Positions 45,982 through 56,458 are shown, numbered from the stretch's first letter. The stretch is 64,000 nt of DNA from Candidatus Azobacteroides sp. (GCA_009787405.1 WRGA01000123.1:8369-72368); one strand, 5' to 3'. The notes: generated by a model not told the origin, from the letters alone. A program made the numbers and translations.

Positions 45982-46278
45982 AATTAAGAATTAAGAGTTA
46001 TGAATTAAGAATTAAGAGTTAAGAGTTAAATCAGGGTTAGTATGTTTTTTGAAGAATGTTAAATTATTTTTCCTTGTCCTGTCATGTATGAAATATTTAT
46101 TACGCATATTTCGTACATGACGGGACTAAAAGGAATGAACGCTTTTTATGACATTGACACATTTTTTATACCCCATCTGTTGGGATTGCTCCGCAAAACA
46201 GAGCAAGGATAAGTGTGTATTTGTCTTGAATTTAATGTGAAAAATCGAAACTAACTTTTAACTTTTAATTTCCAACTT
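45982..46278. repeat. Composite repeat: inverted heptamer arms enclosing a GTCC..GGGAC long hairpin
   Basis: The left arm is aattaagaattaagagttatgaattaagaattaagagttaagagttaaat (45982-46031). The right arm is aactaacttttaacttttaatttccaactt (46249-46278). The inner hairpin is gtcctgtcatgta..tacatgacgggac (46071-46132). Confidence 0.75.
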
Positions 46279-46282
46279 CAGT

Positions 46283-47281
46283 TTATTTTACAATTACTTT
46301 TTGGGAAACGCCGTCTACATTGACGATGTAGAATCCGGACGGCAGGTTGGTTGTTCCGGTCGATTGACCTGAAAATGTATATACTTTGACCAAATTGTAT
46401 GTACCTGTAACCACGATATTATTTCCCGATACCGAAATGTCAATGTTTTGATCGAGTCCGGTCTTTTTTATACTCGAAGGAGTCCAACCTCCTCCCCAAA
46501 ACAAGACTTCATCGTATTGAATATCATCTTCCGCATAGGTCAAACTACGATTTTCAGCACGTTTGGTTCCTTCCGCATCGACGGTTTCTTCCGTATCCCA
46601 TGAATCACTTGTCCACCAATATTTGTATTCTTGCGTTTCATTGCCTTTCGGAATCTGCGTCCCGTCAATTTCATACAGCCAAAAACCGTATTCTCCACTG
46701 TAAATTGCTTCAACCGTATTGTTCCAATCGCCGTACAATCCTCTCACAAATACTTTTTGAGTGCCGGCAGGAGCTGTAACGGCTAATGTCATGATTCCTT
46801 CATTGTATTCTATCACTTGTTCCACTTCTACCGAGGTGACTCCGGTGATGGTTCCGTCGTTTTCCACTTCAAATTTCGGATTTCCGGTAAAGGGAAAAAC
46901 AGTCATCCGGGTATTAATATCTTTCCATCCCAAACTTTTGGCGCCCGGATTCCATTCGTAAACACCGGGGGCTACATTCAGCGTCAGCGTCCATTCCAAC
47001 TTACCGTCTCCTTGCACCATGGCTCCATGAGGAGTTATCGAATGATCTTCGTACATGGGAAACCACCAATTATCCGGCTCCGGCGAACGAGGATTCAAGG
47101 CTTTCAACCCATCATCAATCCAAGTGTAAATATTCGCATCGGTATTATCCGCATCTGTTTTGGGGTTTGTTTTTTCCCCGTTCGTCAGGTCAATCACTTT
47201 AAGTGTAACCGTGTACTGCGCGTTGCCCGTCAAAGAAAAAGCAACCATGGCAACCAATGAAAGTAAAAAATTCCTTTTCAT
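46283..47281 (-). CDS. Secreted protein of unknown function with a T9SS CTD
   Basis: 332 aa with a signal peptide (..SLTGNAQ) and Trp-rich beta-sandwich-like regions. The CTD ends KVYTFSGQS..LPSGFYIVNVDGVSQKVIVK. Confidence 0.6.
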   Translation of the reverse strand: MKRNFLLSLVAMVAFSLTGNAQYTVTLKVIDLTNGEKTNPKTDADNTDANIYTWIDDGLKALNPRSPEPDNWWFPMYEDHSITPHGAMVQGDGKLEWTLTLNVAPGVYEWNPGAKSLGWKDINTRMTVFPFTGNPKFEVENDGTITGVTSVEVEQVIEYNEGIMTLAVTAPAGTQKVFVRGLYGDWNNTVEAIYSGEYGFWLYEIDGTQIPKGNETQEYKYWWTSDSWDTEETVDAEGTKRAENRSLTYAEDDIQYDEVLFWGGGWTPSSIKKTGLDQNIDISVSGNNIVVTGTYNLVKVYTFSGQSTGTTNLPSGFYIVNVDGVSQKVIVK

Positions 47282-47302
47282 GATTTGAATTGTTTTAAAT
47301 TA

Positions 47303-48751
47303 TTAATTTTTAATTAAGAACGATGCCACTGCATCATTTTGGATCGTATAAGTCAATCGCCTATCTCCGTCTTTTAACGTAACGGCGGCTTTATTTCCCG
47401 ACCGGTTGACGAGTACAACGCCTTTGGAGCCATCTGGATTTAAAAAAGCATTTATGTAGAATTTGTCGGGTAATTTTCCCGCAATACTTGTTGAAATTCG
47501 TTTGGAACCGGTGCGGCAAACTTTGGAGAAATGTCCCAATAAATAATACTCCAATTCTTTTTTATACGAATAATCGGGTTGAACAGTCACCACACCGCGG
47601 CATTCTTCACAAAAAGTACCTCCCGGAGTGGTCGGGCCGTTTGCGGTATTCAAAGCCAGATTCCACATCAAAAAGTTTTTCGAACCTTTTTGTATGCATG
47701 GAATTAAATATTCCGTCAGATAATAAAACATGGTTTCCATCCGGTCTGTCTCCAAATCGGTATTCCATCCGGAACCTCCCGACAGTTCCGAAAAATAAAT
47801 CTCTTTATCAGGATGAGCCGCCACAACGGCATCTATGGCATCGGGAACACCTCCATAACCGTGAAATGCCGTTCCAGCCACATATTGGCGGGCGTTTATG
47901 TCATTCAACACATTGATGGGATATTGATACAAATCAAAATTATGGTCAAGAATCAGAATCTTGGCGGTAATCCCCGCGGCACGGAATCCGGGGCCTACAT
48001 AATCACGGATGATTTCAGCTTGTTGCTGCCATTCCATCAACATGGTCGGGTGTGTTTCCGAACTGAACATGGCTTCGTTTTGCAAAGTGACGGCATCAAT
48101 GGCAATGCCTTCCCGGGCCATTGCCTGTACATATTTCACAAAATAAGCTGCAAAATCGGCGTATTTATCGGGTTTCAATTGTCCGCCGTTCAACATTCCG
48201 CCTGTTTTCATCCAAGCGGGAGGAGACCAGGGACTTGCCATAATTTTAATTTCCGGATTAATGGTCAAAATTTCTTTCAGAATCGGAATTAAATCCCGTT
48301 TATCGATTTCGGGAACGGCAAAATTTTCGATTCCTTCTTTATCGCAGTAAGTATACATGGCCATGGAGAAGTCGGACGATCCTATCGTTATCCGCAGATA
48401 ATTCATTCCGGCTCCGGTTTCGGGATTAAACAGGTCATTCAGCAACGCGCTTCTTTGCTCATCGCTCATTTGTTTGATCAAAAAAGCGGAAGAGCCGGTC
48501 AATGCAGCGCCAAAACCATCCATTTCCTGATATGTTTTTTCAGGCTCCAGCCGTATGGAAAAATCTCCGATTTCGTTTGTATAATCTACGGCCGACTCTT
48601 TAAACAAATAATATTCATTGCGGGTCGTTTGCCATAAATGGACATCACCGCTGATTCTGTTATCTTCATCCGTAAAACCGGAATCGGTATTATAGTCTAT
48701 ACATCCGAAGAACAAAACGCATAAACTTGCCGGATATATTATTGATTTCAT
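47303..48751 (-). CDS. Glycoside hydrolase family 30 (lipoprotein-type signal)
   Basis: 482 aa. The N-terminus LCVLFFGC suggests a lipoprotein. GH30 blocks: MDGFGAALTGSSA, MASPWSPPAWMK and VTLQNEA. Confidence 0.85.
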   Translation of the reverse strand: MKSIIYPASLCVLFFGCIDYNTDSGFTDEDNRISGDVHLWQTTRNEYYLFKESAVDYTNEIGDFSIRLEPEKTYQEMDGFGAALTGSSAFLIKQMSDEQRSALLNDLFNPETGAGMNYLRITIGSSDFSMAMYTYCDKEGIENFAVPEIDKRDLIPILKEILTINPEIKIMASPWSPPAWMKTGGMLNGGQLKPDKYADFAAYFVKYVQAMAREGIAIDAVTLQNEAMFSSETHPTMLMEWQQQAEIIRDYVGPGFRAAGITAKILILDHNFDLYQYPINVLNDINARQYVAGTAFHGYGGVPDAIDAVVAAHPDKEIYFSELSGGSGWNTDLETDRMETMFYYLTEYLIPCIQKGSKNFLMWNLALNTANGPTTPGGTFCEECRGVVTVQPDYSYKKELEYYLLGHFSKVCRTGSKRISTSIAGKLPDKFYINAFLNPDGSKGVVLVNRSGNKAAVTLKDGDRRLTYTIQNDAVASFLIKN

Positions 48752-48781
48752 ACGTTAATAATTTTTTAATGACGGATTTAT

Positions 48782-50164
48782 TTAATTTATTCGTTCAATC
48801 ACTGTCGTGTGGTCATTGATGTTGATGATGACACGGTAAACTCCCGGAATGACATCGGCGCCGGCCACCCAGTTTCCGTTGGGCTGCCCTTGATTATCGA
48901 CGCCCGTTTTGATAAGCGATGCAGGGGTCAAGGTATACATCTCCGAATTTTCTTCTCCGCCCCACATGCGTTGGTGGAAAAACTTCATGTCAAAGGATTC
49001 GGCATAGAAGGTGGCTTGGAAAATTCCGTCCGAAATCTTGCGGCAGAAAACATAATCTTCGGGCTTGTTCCAGTTCCATGAGGTCGTCGTTTTGTAAGGC
49101 GCTCCGGGAAATCCCAATCCTGTGCCGTCGAGCCACAATGCATCCGGATACAAGGCGTCAGTCTGCTCAACATACATAAATCCTTCAGCGTTGTTATATA
49201 ACAACTTGTATGTTCCCGGCAATCCCAAGAAACGAGCGTTATTCCCGGAAGTACAAGCAAAGAAATCGGGATTTAACGTATTTTGAAGATCGGCAATTCC
49301 CGAAAATTCCAATTCCTGATCAAGCGTAAATGCAATCAAAGAACTTAAATAAGTGTTCCCGTCCATGGTTTCGACGCCCATTTGCCTTCCGTTGATTGTT
49401 ACGGGCGCTAATCTTTCAGCATCTATTTCAAAATCAAACGAGTATACGTTAAATAAAAATTGCCGCATAGTCAAAATCAAAGGATCGGTATATTCATAGA
49501 ATCCGTCTTCTTCGGCACAAACGGCAAGAGCTCCGTTCACATTCCCCCAAACAATTCCAGAATAATCAATTTCATTATTACCGGTTATTTTTTCCGCCAG
49601 TTTAAACTTTATATTATTTCCGGATAAATTCATTCTGGAAGATTGAAATTCGATTTGACTGCCCAATTTTTTACTCAAATTGTAAATTGTTCCGTCCTGC
49701 ATCACCATATACATCCTGTTCGGAAAACCGGGACGATCGGCATGTACTTTATTCTTAATGGTTTGCGTTACGGTATTTCCTTCCACATTCGTCAAGGTCA
49801 AATAGGCTTCCACATCCATATTATCGTCTGCGAAAGCAACTAACGGAACTTTGAATTTTCGGGCAATGATACAATTATATCCCTGAGTACGAATCTGTTG
49901 CCTTTCAATCAGGTTGTCGTTTACTACGATTTCAACTTCCAACGTAGACAGCGGTGTTTTCGGATCTGATAAAGCAGCCGTGACCAAAACCGAATCGCCG
50001 AAAACGATGGCGGAAGGATCGGCTTCATTTCCCGAACTTAAATCGGCCGATTCGATTACCGGTACGGATTCCGGGAACCGGGTTCGTAATTCATCTTCCG
50101 AACAAGCCCAAAAGCAACTTGCCGTAAAAAAGAAGAACGCTGTTTTTATTATATCTTTTTTCAT
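48782..50164 (-). CDS. PUL-encoded surface lipoprotein (SusE/F-position, putative glycan-binding protein)
   Basis: The start is trimmed from a TTG at 50185 to the ATG of MKKDIIKTAFFFFTASCFWACSEDE, which carries a lipobox. It lies immediately downstream of susD. No catalytic motifs were recognised. Confidence 0.55.
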   Translation of the reverse strand: MKKDIIKTAFFFFTASCFWACSEDELRTRFPESVPVIESADLSSGNEADPSAIVFGDSVLVTAALSDPKTPLSTLEVEIVVNDNLIERQQIRTQGYNCIIARKFKVPLVAFADDNMDVEAYLTLTNVEGNTVTQTIKNKVHADRPGFPNRMYMVMQDGTIYNLSKKLGSQIEFQSSRMNLSGNNIKFKLAEKITGNNEIDYSGIVWGNVNGALAVCAEEDGFYEYTDPLILTMRQFLFNVYSFDFEIDAERLAPVTINGRQMGVETMDGNTYLSSLIAFTLDQELEFSGIADLQNTLNPDFFACTSGNNARFLGLPGTYKLLYNNAEGFMYVEQTDALYPDALWLDGTGLGFPGAPYKTTTSWNWNKPEDYVFCRKISDGIFQATFYAESFDMKFFHQRMWGGEENSEMYTLTPASLIKTGVDNQGQPNGNWVAGADVIPGVYRVIININDHTTVIERIN

Positions 50165-50170
50165 CTGTTT

Positions 50171-50209
50171 ATTCTTAATTTTCAACTCTTAACTTTTAAC
50201 TCTTAACTC
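50171..50209. repeat. Heptamer array (CTCTTAA orientation) filling the susD-lipoprotein spacer
   Basis: The sequence reads attcttaattttcaactcttaacttttaactcttaactc. Confidence 0.8.
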
Positions 50210-51703
50210 TCAATACCCGTCATTTTGAGTCAACGAAGTATTCAAATCCAATTCGGCTTGAGGAATCGGCCACAACCACCTCGTGCCGTCGGCCAGACGA
50301 TAGGCATTCTTATTTTGTTTGTCGGAACAAGATTTCATGACATCATAAAGCCTTCCGGTGCGCTTCAGATCGAACCAGCGGTATCCTTCGAATGCCAATT
50401 CCAACCGGCGTTCTTTTTCGATGGCCAACCGCATGTCTTGTTGATTATTCGCCGTCGTTTCGGACAATTTCGCACGAGCGCGGATTTTGTTCACAATGGT
50501 TTTTGCTCCGGCCAAATCGCCCAGTTCATTGCGTGCTTCGGCTTCAAGCAACATCACATGCGGCAAACGGATCATAATGATATTGGTGTTGTCGGGGCCT
50601 TGAATTTTGTAACAGAAAGGATAATTGTTGCTATCCCAATCCTGATCGCTCCAAGTGGCTTTGTCGAATTTGACGGAGACACTTAAACGAACAACATCTC
50701 CTTCCGCCTTGAATGCATTTACCAAATCAATGCTCGGCGTACAGAATTTTCGCCAATCTGTTCCGATAAACATGTAATAGGCCCAGTTTCCGGTCGATGT
50801 GTTGTGAACGCATTCCAGTTCAAAAATACTTTCGGCGCTGTTCGGATTGGCCAAATCGCCTCCCGAAACTTTAAACACATCCGCAAAATTGTCCAGCATT
50901 CTATAATTCGGGTTGGTCGTCACTTTGCTTGCGTATTCAAGCACTTTATTCCAGTCGATGTTGCCGGGAGCGCCCTTGGTGGCATAAATTTCGGCCAATT
51001 TGGAATATACGACAGGCTTCGTGACTTTGAATTTCGACGAACTGTAATCGGCGACGCCGGCGGCAGCCGTTTCCATATCTTTGATGATTTGATCGTAAAT
51101 CGCATCCACTTCTTCCCGCGGAGGATACAACAACGGATAAATCTCGTCGAAATTTTCGTTCGTGATGGCGGGAATATCTTTCAACGTAAGCGGACAAGCC
51201 CCATACAGACGCACCAGATTGAAATAACATTGCGCCCGGATGTAAGATGCTTCGGCAACGATTTCTGTTCGGCGTGTTTCCGTCAATGCCGCATCAACCA
51301 CTTTCGGAACCCATTCGATGAGGGTGTTGCATACTCCGATTTGCCGGTACATATACCCCCAGTCGCGGGATACGTTTCCGTTGCTTGCATCCAACGAATA
51401 TTCGTCCAATTGTATGGTTTGAGCCTTCAATTCGCCGCCGTAGCAATTATCGGACTGGGCGTCTCCGTTCAAATAAACGTCCAATTGATAAAATTCACCG
51501 CCGAAAGCGTTATATGCCGATGACAATTGTGCTTCGGCTTGCTCCGCATTATTGATTTTCGGCGCATCTTTTACATAAGGATCGATTCCCTGCATTTCGG
51601 CCGTTAATTCGGAAATCGGTTTCCGATCCAGGAAATCATCGCAAGAGGAAAGAATCAGGGAGATTCCCGGAATGATGATCGTCAAATATATTATCTTCTT
51701 CAT
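50210..51703 (-). CDS. susD: SusD/RagB-family nutrient-binding outer-membrane lipoprotein
   Basis: The start is trimmed to MKKIIYLTIIIPGISLILSSCDDFLDRKP, the hallmark SusD N-terminus. TPR-like helices follow. It starts 11 nt after susC. Confidence 0.9.
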   Translation of the reverse strand: MKKIIYLTIIIPGISLILSSCDDFLDRKPISELTAEMQGIDPYVKDAPKINNAEQAEAQLSSAYNAFGGEFYQLDVYLNGDAQSDNCYGGELKAQTIQLDEYSLDASNGNVSRDWGYMYRQIGVCNTLIEWVPKVVDAALTETRRTEIVAEASYIRAQCYFNLVRLYGACPLTLKDIPAITNENFDEIYPLLYPPREEVDAIYDQIIKDMETAAAGVADYSSSKFKVTKPVVYSKLAEIYATKGAPGNIDWNKVLEYASKVTTNPNYRMLDNFADVFKVSGGDLANPNSAESIFELECVHNTSTGNWAYYMFIGTDWRKFCTPSIDLVNAFKAEGDVVRLSVSVKFDKATWSDQDWDSNNYPFCYKIQGPDNTNIIMIRLPHVMLLEAEARNELGDLAGAKTIVNKIRARAKLSETTANNQQDMRLAIEKERRLELAFEGYRWFDLKRTGRLYDVMKSCSDKQNKNAYRLADGTRWLWPIPQAELDLNTSLTQNDGY

Positions 51704-51714
51704 TGTATCTGTTT

Positions 51715-54700
51715 TTAAAATGTTAGATTTAACCCGAATATGCAAGACCGGTTTTGCGGATAAGTTCCGTAATCGACACCCATCACATGGAAATTCGGCA
51801 TTTGAGAATCTGTCGTAGTGTTTGTATTCACTTCCGGGTCAAATCCCGTATATTTGGTGAATGTCAACAGGTTATTTCCCGTCGCATAAACACTCAAGGC
51901 TTCCAAGCCTAATTTCCGGATCAAGTCTTTCCTGATATTGTATGATAAAGTGATTGTTTTTAATCTCAAATAAGATCCGTCTTCGATGAAACGGGAAGAG
52001 TTTCGAACATTAAAAGTAGATCCGTCCGATGCCGCTTTCGGGATGGAAGTGACCATGCCGGGACGTTGCCATCTGTCCAGCACGTTTTTGCTTTGATTGT
52101 TGGTGTTTGTCATTCCTTCGGTATCGATTTTGGATGCATTGAAAATATCGTTTCCGTAAGTTCCCTGAATAAAAAAGCTGAGTGTGAACCCTTTGTAGCG
52201 CATGGTATTGGTCATCCCGTATATAAAATCGGGGTTCGGATTTCCGATGACCGTCCGGTCTCCCATATCCATGTCTCCCGGCCGGGATTTTCTTCCGTTT
52301 TCATTCACATCTTTATAAATAAGATTACCGGTTTCGGGATCAACGCCTTCGGAAACAAATCCGAAGAAACTTCCGACCGGCAGCCCTTGTTTAATAATGA
52401 CCGCATTATCTCCGTTGGTTTCAAAAAATCCTGTATACGTCGTTACGTTGTTGTATATTTTTGTCAATTTATTTTTGTTGAACGACATATTAAGTTCAGT
52501 ATCCCATCCGAAAGTTCCCTGCAGGTTCCGGCTCATGATCTCAAATTCAAATCCTTTGTTCGTCATTTCGGCACAGTTTCGCAAAGGACTTTGAATGCCT
52601 GCCCCATCGGGCAATTTCAGGGTCATCAACAAGTCGGATGTTTTTTTGTAGTACGCATCCATGGTCAACGCAATACGCGAATTTAAAAAACTGAAATCAA
52701 GCCCGACATTGGTTTGAGTCGTTGTTTCCCAGGTCAAATCAACATTCTGCATGGTGGGATTTATTCCGTATGCGACACCGGGTTTATTTCTGTCGGCCAC
52801 TTTATCGTTGGACGGATCTTGGATGCTCATCGGGTAACGGGCCAAATAATCGTAATCTCCCACTCCCGACTGGTTCCCGGTTTGTCCCCATCCGGCTCTG
52901 AGCTTCAAATCATTGACCACACCGGTCAATCCTTCAAAAAAAGGTTCTGCGGAAATACGCCAGCCGGCCGAAAAAGAAGGAAAATAACCCCAACGATGAC
53001 CGGGAGCGAATTTGGAAGAAGCATCGGCCCGGAAATTGGCGGTTGCCAAATATTTGCCGTCATAGTTGTAATGTACCCGGGCAAGCGCCGAAACCATGGT
53101 GCTTTCCGCTTTTTTACCGTTGGAGCCGGAACTCACTTGATTGGCAAATGCAAGCGAACCCGGCGTATCTCCCGGAAGTCCTCTGATGTAATCATTCTTT
53201 TCCAGATAAGTATTATCCCACGTTTTTTCCTGCAGGGTAAAACCACCCATTACGTTCAGATTATGTTTTTCATTGAATGTCGCGTCATACGTCAAAATGT
53301 TTTCGTTCACCCAATCGAAATTCGTTGTCCGGTCGACTTTTCCGATCCCGTTGTTCTGAATCCCGTAATCCGTTTTTTGAGGATCCAAGAAATAGTCCCA
53401 GTTATGCGCCTGATACATAATCGAAAGACTCGGTTTAAACGTCAGCCCTTTCAAAATGGAAAATTCCAACGAGGCATTTCCCGTCAACCAATAATCCTTG
53501 TTCAAATCGTAAACAGAAGCTGCTCCCACCGGATTTTCCCTCGGTTCGAAAGGATTGGACTGATATTTTCCCGGATTATTCGGATCCCAAACCGAAAGAA
53601 AAGGAGGAGTGTTGATCACGGAAAGGATCACTCCGCCGCGGCTTGCACCATTGTTATCGGGTGTATCTCTGCGATCGGTTCGCGAGAAATCAAAAACGGT
53701 CGATAATTTCACCCGGCTTTTCAACCGGGTGTCAATATTCGCATGAAACGAAGCCCGTTTGTAATAAGCCGGTTCCACGATGCCGGTTTCATCCTGAAAT
53801 CCTCCGGAAACGTAATAGGTTGTTTTATCGTTTCCTCCGCTCAACGAAAGTTGATAATTTTGTTGAATGCCGGTGCGAAACACCTCGTCATACCAGTTGG
53901 TGTAATTATGATTGCTTCTGTCGACATATCCTTCTCCTTTGATTGCGTCGATCAAATCATAATATTCTTTTGTATTGAGCGCTTCGATCGCTTTCCCTAA
54001 TTGTGAAAAACCGGCATACATGTTGAAACTGATTTTGCTTTCGCCCGATTTTCCTTTTTTGGTGGTGATCAATACCACTCCGTTGGCCGCACGAGAACCG
54101 TAAATGGCAGCCGAAGAAGCATCCTTCAATATTTGCATACTCTCTATGTCGTTCGGACTGACGCTTGTAATATTTTCCATCAGCACTCCGTCCACCACAT
54201 ACAGCGGCTCGTTGCTTGCGGTAATGGACGTATTTCCCCGCACCCTTACGGTAATGTCGCCGCCCGGCTTTCCCGAAGTTTGCACCACCTGCACTCCGGC
54301 TGCTTTTCCTTGCAATCCCTGAGCCGCCGCAATCACCGGACGATCTTCAATCGCCTTGGCAGTCACGGTGGAAACGGCAGTGGTAATATCTTTTTTCTTT
54401 TGTGTTCCGTAACCGATCACCACCACTTCGTTCAAATTCTGCAAGGCATCTTGAAGCACAATTTTCATGGGCCTTTCGTCTGCTTTCTTCTCAAGCGGTT
54501 GCATTCCGACATAGAAAAATACGACGATTGCATTTTTTTCGGCCTGAAGGGAGAAGTCGCCGTCGAGATCGGTAACGGTTCCGGTAACGGTTCCCTTCAC
54601 CGTAACGCTTACTCCCGTCAATGGGTCTCCTTGGGAATCAGTTACGTTTCCCGTAACCGTAATCTGCTGCGCAAATGCTCCTGCGGAAATCATCAGCAAA

Positions 54701-54738
54701 AGACAAATGTTCATCATGTAGCGAGTCATGTTTTTCAT
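51715..54738 (-). CDS. susC: SusC/RagA-family TonB-dependent transporter
   Basis: 1007 aa with a CarboxypepD_reg-like N-terminus (ITVTGNVTDSQGDPLTGVSVTVKGT), the motif VVVIGYGTQKKKDITTAVS, a plug and a 22-strand-type barrel, and a C-terminal F. Confidence 0.95.
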   Translation of the reverse strand: MKNMTRYMMNICLLLMISAGAFAQQITVTGNVTDSQGDPLTGVSVTVKGTVTGTVTDLDGDFSLQAEKNAIVVFFYVGMQPLEKKADERPMKIVLQDALQNLNEVVVIGYGTQKKKDITTAVSTVTAKAIEDRPVIAAAQGLQGKAAGVQVVQTSGKPGGDITVRVRGNTSITASNEPLYVVDGVLMENITSVSPNDIESMQILKDASSAAIYGSRAANGVVLITTKKGKSGESKISFNMYAGFSQLGKAIEALNTKEYYDLIDAIKGEGYVDRSNHNYTNWYDEVFRTGIQQNYQLSLSGGNDKTTYYVSGGFQDETGIVEPAYYKRASFHANIDTRLKSRVKLSTVFDFSRTDRRDTPDNNGASRGGVILSVINTPPFLSVWDPNNPGKYQSNPFEPRENPVGAASVYDLNKDYWLTGNASLEFSILKGLTFKPSLSIMYQAHNWDYFLDPQKTDYGIQNNGIGKVDRTTNFDWVNENILTYDATFNEKHNLNVMGGFTLQEKTWDNTYLEKNDYIRGLPGDTPGSLAFANQVSSGSNGKKAESTMVSALARVHYNYDGKYLATANFRADASSKFAPGHRWGYFPSFSAGWRISAEPFFEGLTGVVNDLKLRAGWGQTGNQSGVGDYDYLARYPMSIQDPSNDKVADRNKPGVAYGINPTMQNVDLTWETTTQTNVGLDFSFLNSRIALTMDAYYKKTSDLLMTLKLPDGAGIQSPLRNCAEMTNKGFEFEIMSRNLQGTFGWDTELNMSFNKNKLTKIYNNVTTYTGFFETNGDNAVIIKQGLPVGSFFGFVSEGVDPETGNLIYKDVNENGRKSRPGDMDMGDRTVIGNPNPDFIYGMTNTMRYKGFTLSFFIQGTYGNDIFNASKIDTEGMTNTNNQSKNVLDRWQRPGMVTSIPKAASDGSTFNVRNSSRFIEDGSYLRLKTITLSYNIRKDLIRKLGLEALSVYATGNNLLTFTKYTGFDPEVNTNTTTDSQMPNFHVMGVDYGTYPQNRSCIFGLNLTF

Positions 54739-54783
54739 AAAAAATATATTAAAATTTACATTGGGTTATATTCAGGTTGCCCT

Positions 54784-56205
54784 TTAATCGACAGACCACC
54801 GCAAACTGATCACGTTTTTTGCTTCGAGCGTCAAGTTAATATATCGGTCTCCGTCTTTTACGGCAATTTTTTTATCCGAATCGCCATTGTTGAACAAGAT
54901 CATTGCCCGCGAGTCGTCGGGATTGATAAATGCGACTTGCTTCACGCCATTGCTTTCGGGTGCGCCGCTGTCAATTCTTTTGGCGCCGGGCCGGATGATT
55001 TTACCGGCATGGGCAATCGCGTAAAATTCAACGTTGTAACGTACTGCTTTGGTTTTTTTATTGATGTCGATCACGCCGCGGCAATTAGTCGGACCACCTG
55101 CCGCCACAGGGCCGAAATGTCCGTTCCCGCCGTTTGTATCTAAGGCCAGATTCCAATAAATCAGTCCGGAACCGTAATTTTGCAGATTGCCGATCACCGT
55201 GTTGTTCATGGCCCATATAAAATCTTCGGGCGTACCGTCGGACGTTGTATGCCCGGTGATTTCCGTCAGCAAAATGTCTTTGGAATAATCCAGATTTTTC
55301 ACCCGGGTTTGTTCGGACACATTTCCGTTGTATGCGTGAAACGCCGCTCCGGCCACATATTTTCGCACGGATTTGTCTTGATAAATGGTATTCACGTAAT
55401 CAAAAGCATGATCCCAATTATGATCATACACATACAGCCCGGTACGGAGATTACGTTTTTTGTTGTTGTTGAAAAGTCTGCGGCCGAAATCGTTTTTGAT
55501 GAAATCCCGTTGTTGCTCGGCCGACATATACATGCACATATATTTTGCCGTATTATATAAAGGTTCGTTCTGAATCGTAACGGCATCCACTTTCAGATTG
55601 CGCCGGTCCATTTCATTGATGAAACGAATGAAATAATCGGCCAGATCGCGTCCTTTCGCCGGGTCAAAGCTTCCTCCCACCAACGATTCCGTATTTTTTT
55701 TCATATAGGCGGGAGGACTCCAGAGTGAAGCCATTATTTTTAAACCGGGATTAATGGATTTGACGGTTTGCAGAATGGGAACGACTCCTTCGGGATCTTT
55801 AAATTCAAAGGTCCGATTATCGTTTCGGGTGTGAGTCCAATTATAGGCGGAAAAATCGGAAGCGCCGATCGAAATGCGCAAATAATTAAAACCGGATCCC
55901 GAATCCGGATCAAAGATATTTTTCAGTAATCCGGTTCTTTCTTTTTCGTCCAGATAATTCAGCACCAAAGCGGAAGAACCGGTCAATGCAGCTCCGAAAC
56001 CTTCGATGGTTTGGCAGTCGACAACGGCATTAATGATGTACAGATGATCGCATACGGATGAAGGTTCCCCGAATTTCAGTTGAAGCGGCGAGAGTTTTTT
56101 CGAAAGATCAGCATTCGTGACAAATGCAGTGATTTGCTGTGCCGAAATCATTCCTTTTGAGAGAACAAAAATACAACTAAGGATAAATATGTTTTTGAGC
56201 TGCAT
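54784..56205 (-). CDS. Glycoside hydrolase family 30
   Basis: The start is trimmed to MQLKNIF because a TAnnTTTG box abuts the upstream ATG at 56229. GH30 blocks: IEGFGAALTGSSA, MASLWSPPAYMK and VTIQNEP. Confidence 0.85.
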   Translation of the reverse strand: MQLKNIFILSCIFVLSKGMISAQQITAFVTNADLSKKLSPLQLKFGEPSSVCDHLYIINAVVDCQTIEGFGAALTGSSALVLNYLDEKERTGLLKNIFDPDSGSGFNYLRISIGASDFSAYNWTHTRNDNRTFEFKDPEGVVPILQTVKSINPGLKIMASLWSPPAYMKKNTESLVGGSFDPAKGRDLADYFIRFINEMDRRNLKVDAVTIQNEPLYNTAKYMCMYMSAEQQRDFIKNDFGRRLFNNNKKRNLRTGLYVYDHNWDHAFDYVNTIYQDKSVRKYVAGAAFHAYNGNVSEQTRVKNLDYSKDILLTEITGHTTSDGTPEDFIWAMNNTVIGNLQNYGSGLIYWNLALDTNGGNGHFGPVAAGGPTNCRGVIDINKKTKAVRYNVEFYAIAHAGKIIRPGAKRIDSGAPESNGVKQVAFINPDDSRAMILFNNGDSDKKIAVKDGDRYINLTLEAKNVISLRWSVD

Positions 56206-56230
56206 GTCTTTTCGGTATTGATTGACCATG

Positions 56231-56238
56231 CAAATCTA
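56231..56238 (-). promoter_or_regulatory. Candidate -7 promoter box (TAnnTTTG) of the PUL structural genes
   Basis: The minus strand reads TAGATTTG, about 26 nt upstream of the ATG at 56205. Confidence 0.4.
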
Positions 56239-56279
56239 AGCTCATGTGATTTTTTTCGACAACAAAAACAATATTCAAA

Positions 56280-56323
56280 AATACGTCAATCGACAAAAAA
56301 GAATACGTCAATAGTACGTCAAC
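56280..56323 (-). promoter_or_regulatory. Three direct 11-mers A(A/G)TACGTCAA(T/C): candidate operator for the LuxR-type PUL regulator
   Basis: AATACGTCAAT occurs at 56280-56290 and 56302-56312, and AGTACGTCAAC at 56313-56323. The start-to-start spacings are 22 and 11 bp. The repeats lie 42-85 bp upstream of the candidate -7 box. Confidence 0.45.
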
Positions 56324-56458
56324 AAAAGGATACTATACCTGTAAAATATTGATTTATAATTATATAATTGAACAGTATTGAAACAGAATAATTCGTCGGT
56401 CTAAAATATTACATCCGAATCACCGGAATATGCACAGGGCGAAGGCGACTATATCGGC

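Noticed and set aside
50165-50185. Upstream TTG starts given by the ORF track for the PUL lipoprotein (50185) and the regulator (59323)
   Set aside because: Both extensions are read from repeat or leader sequence. Canonical ATG codons follow directly and introduce lipoprotein or signal peptides (MKKDII.., MKGKLLF..).
52714-55143. Long plus-strand ORFs (52714..53706, 330 aa; 54133..55143, 336 aa) and many others antisense to susC, the GH30 genes, nuoL, murD and ftsI
   Set aside because: They lie antisense to well-supported genes, their composition is Arg/His/Cys-rich in the way typical of reverse-frame translation, and no motifs are recognisable.
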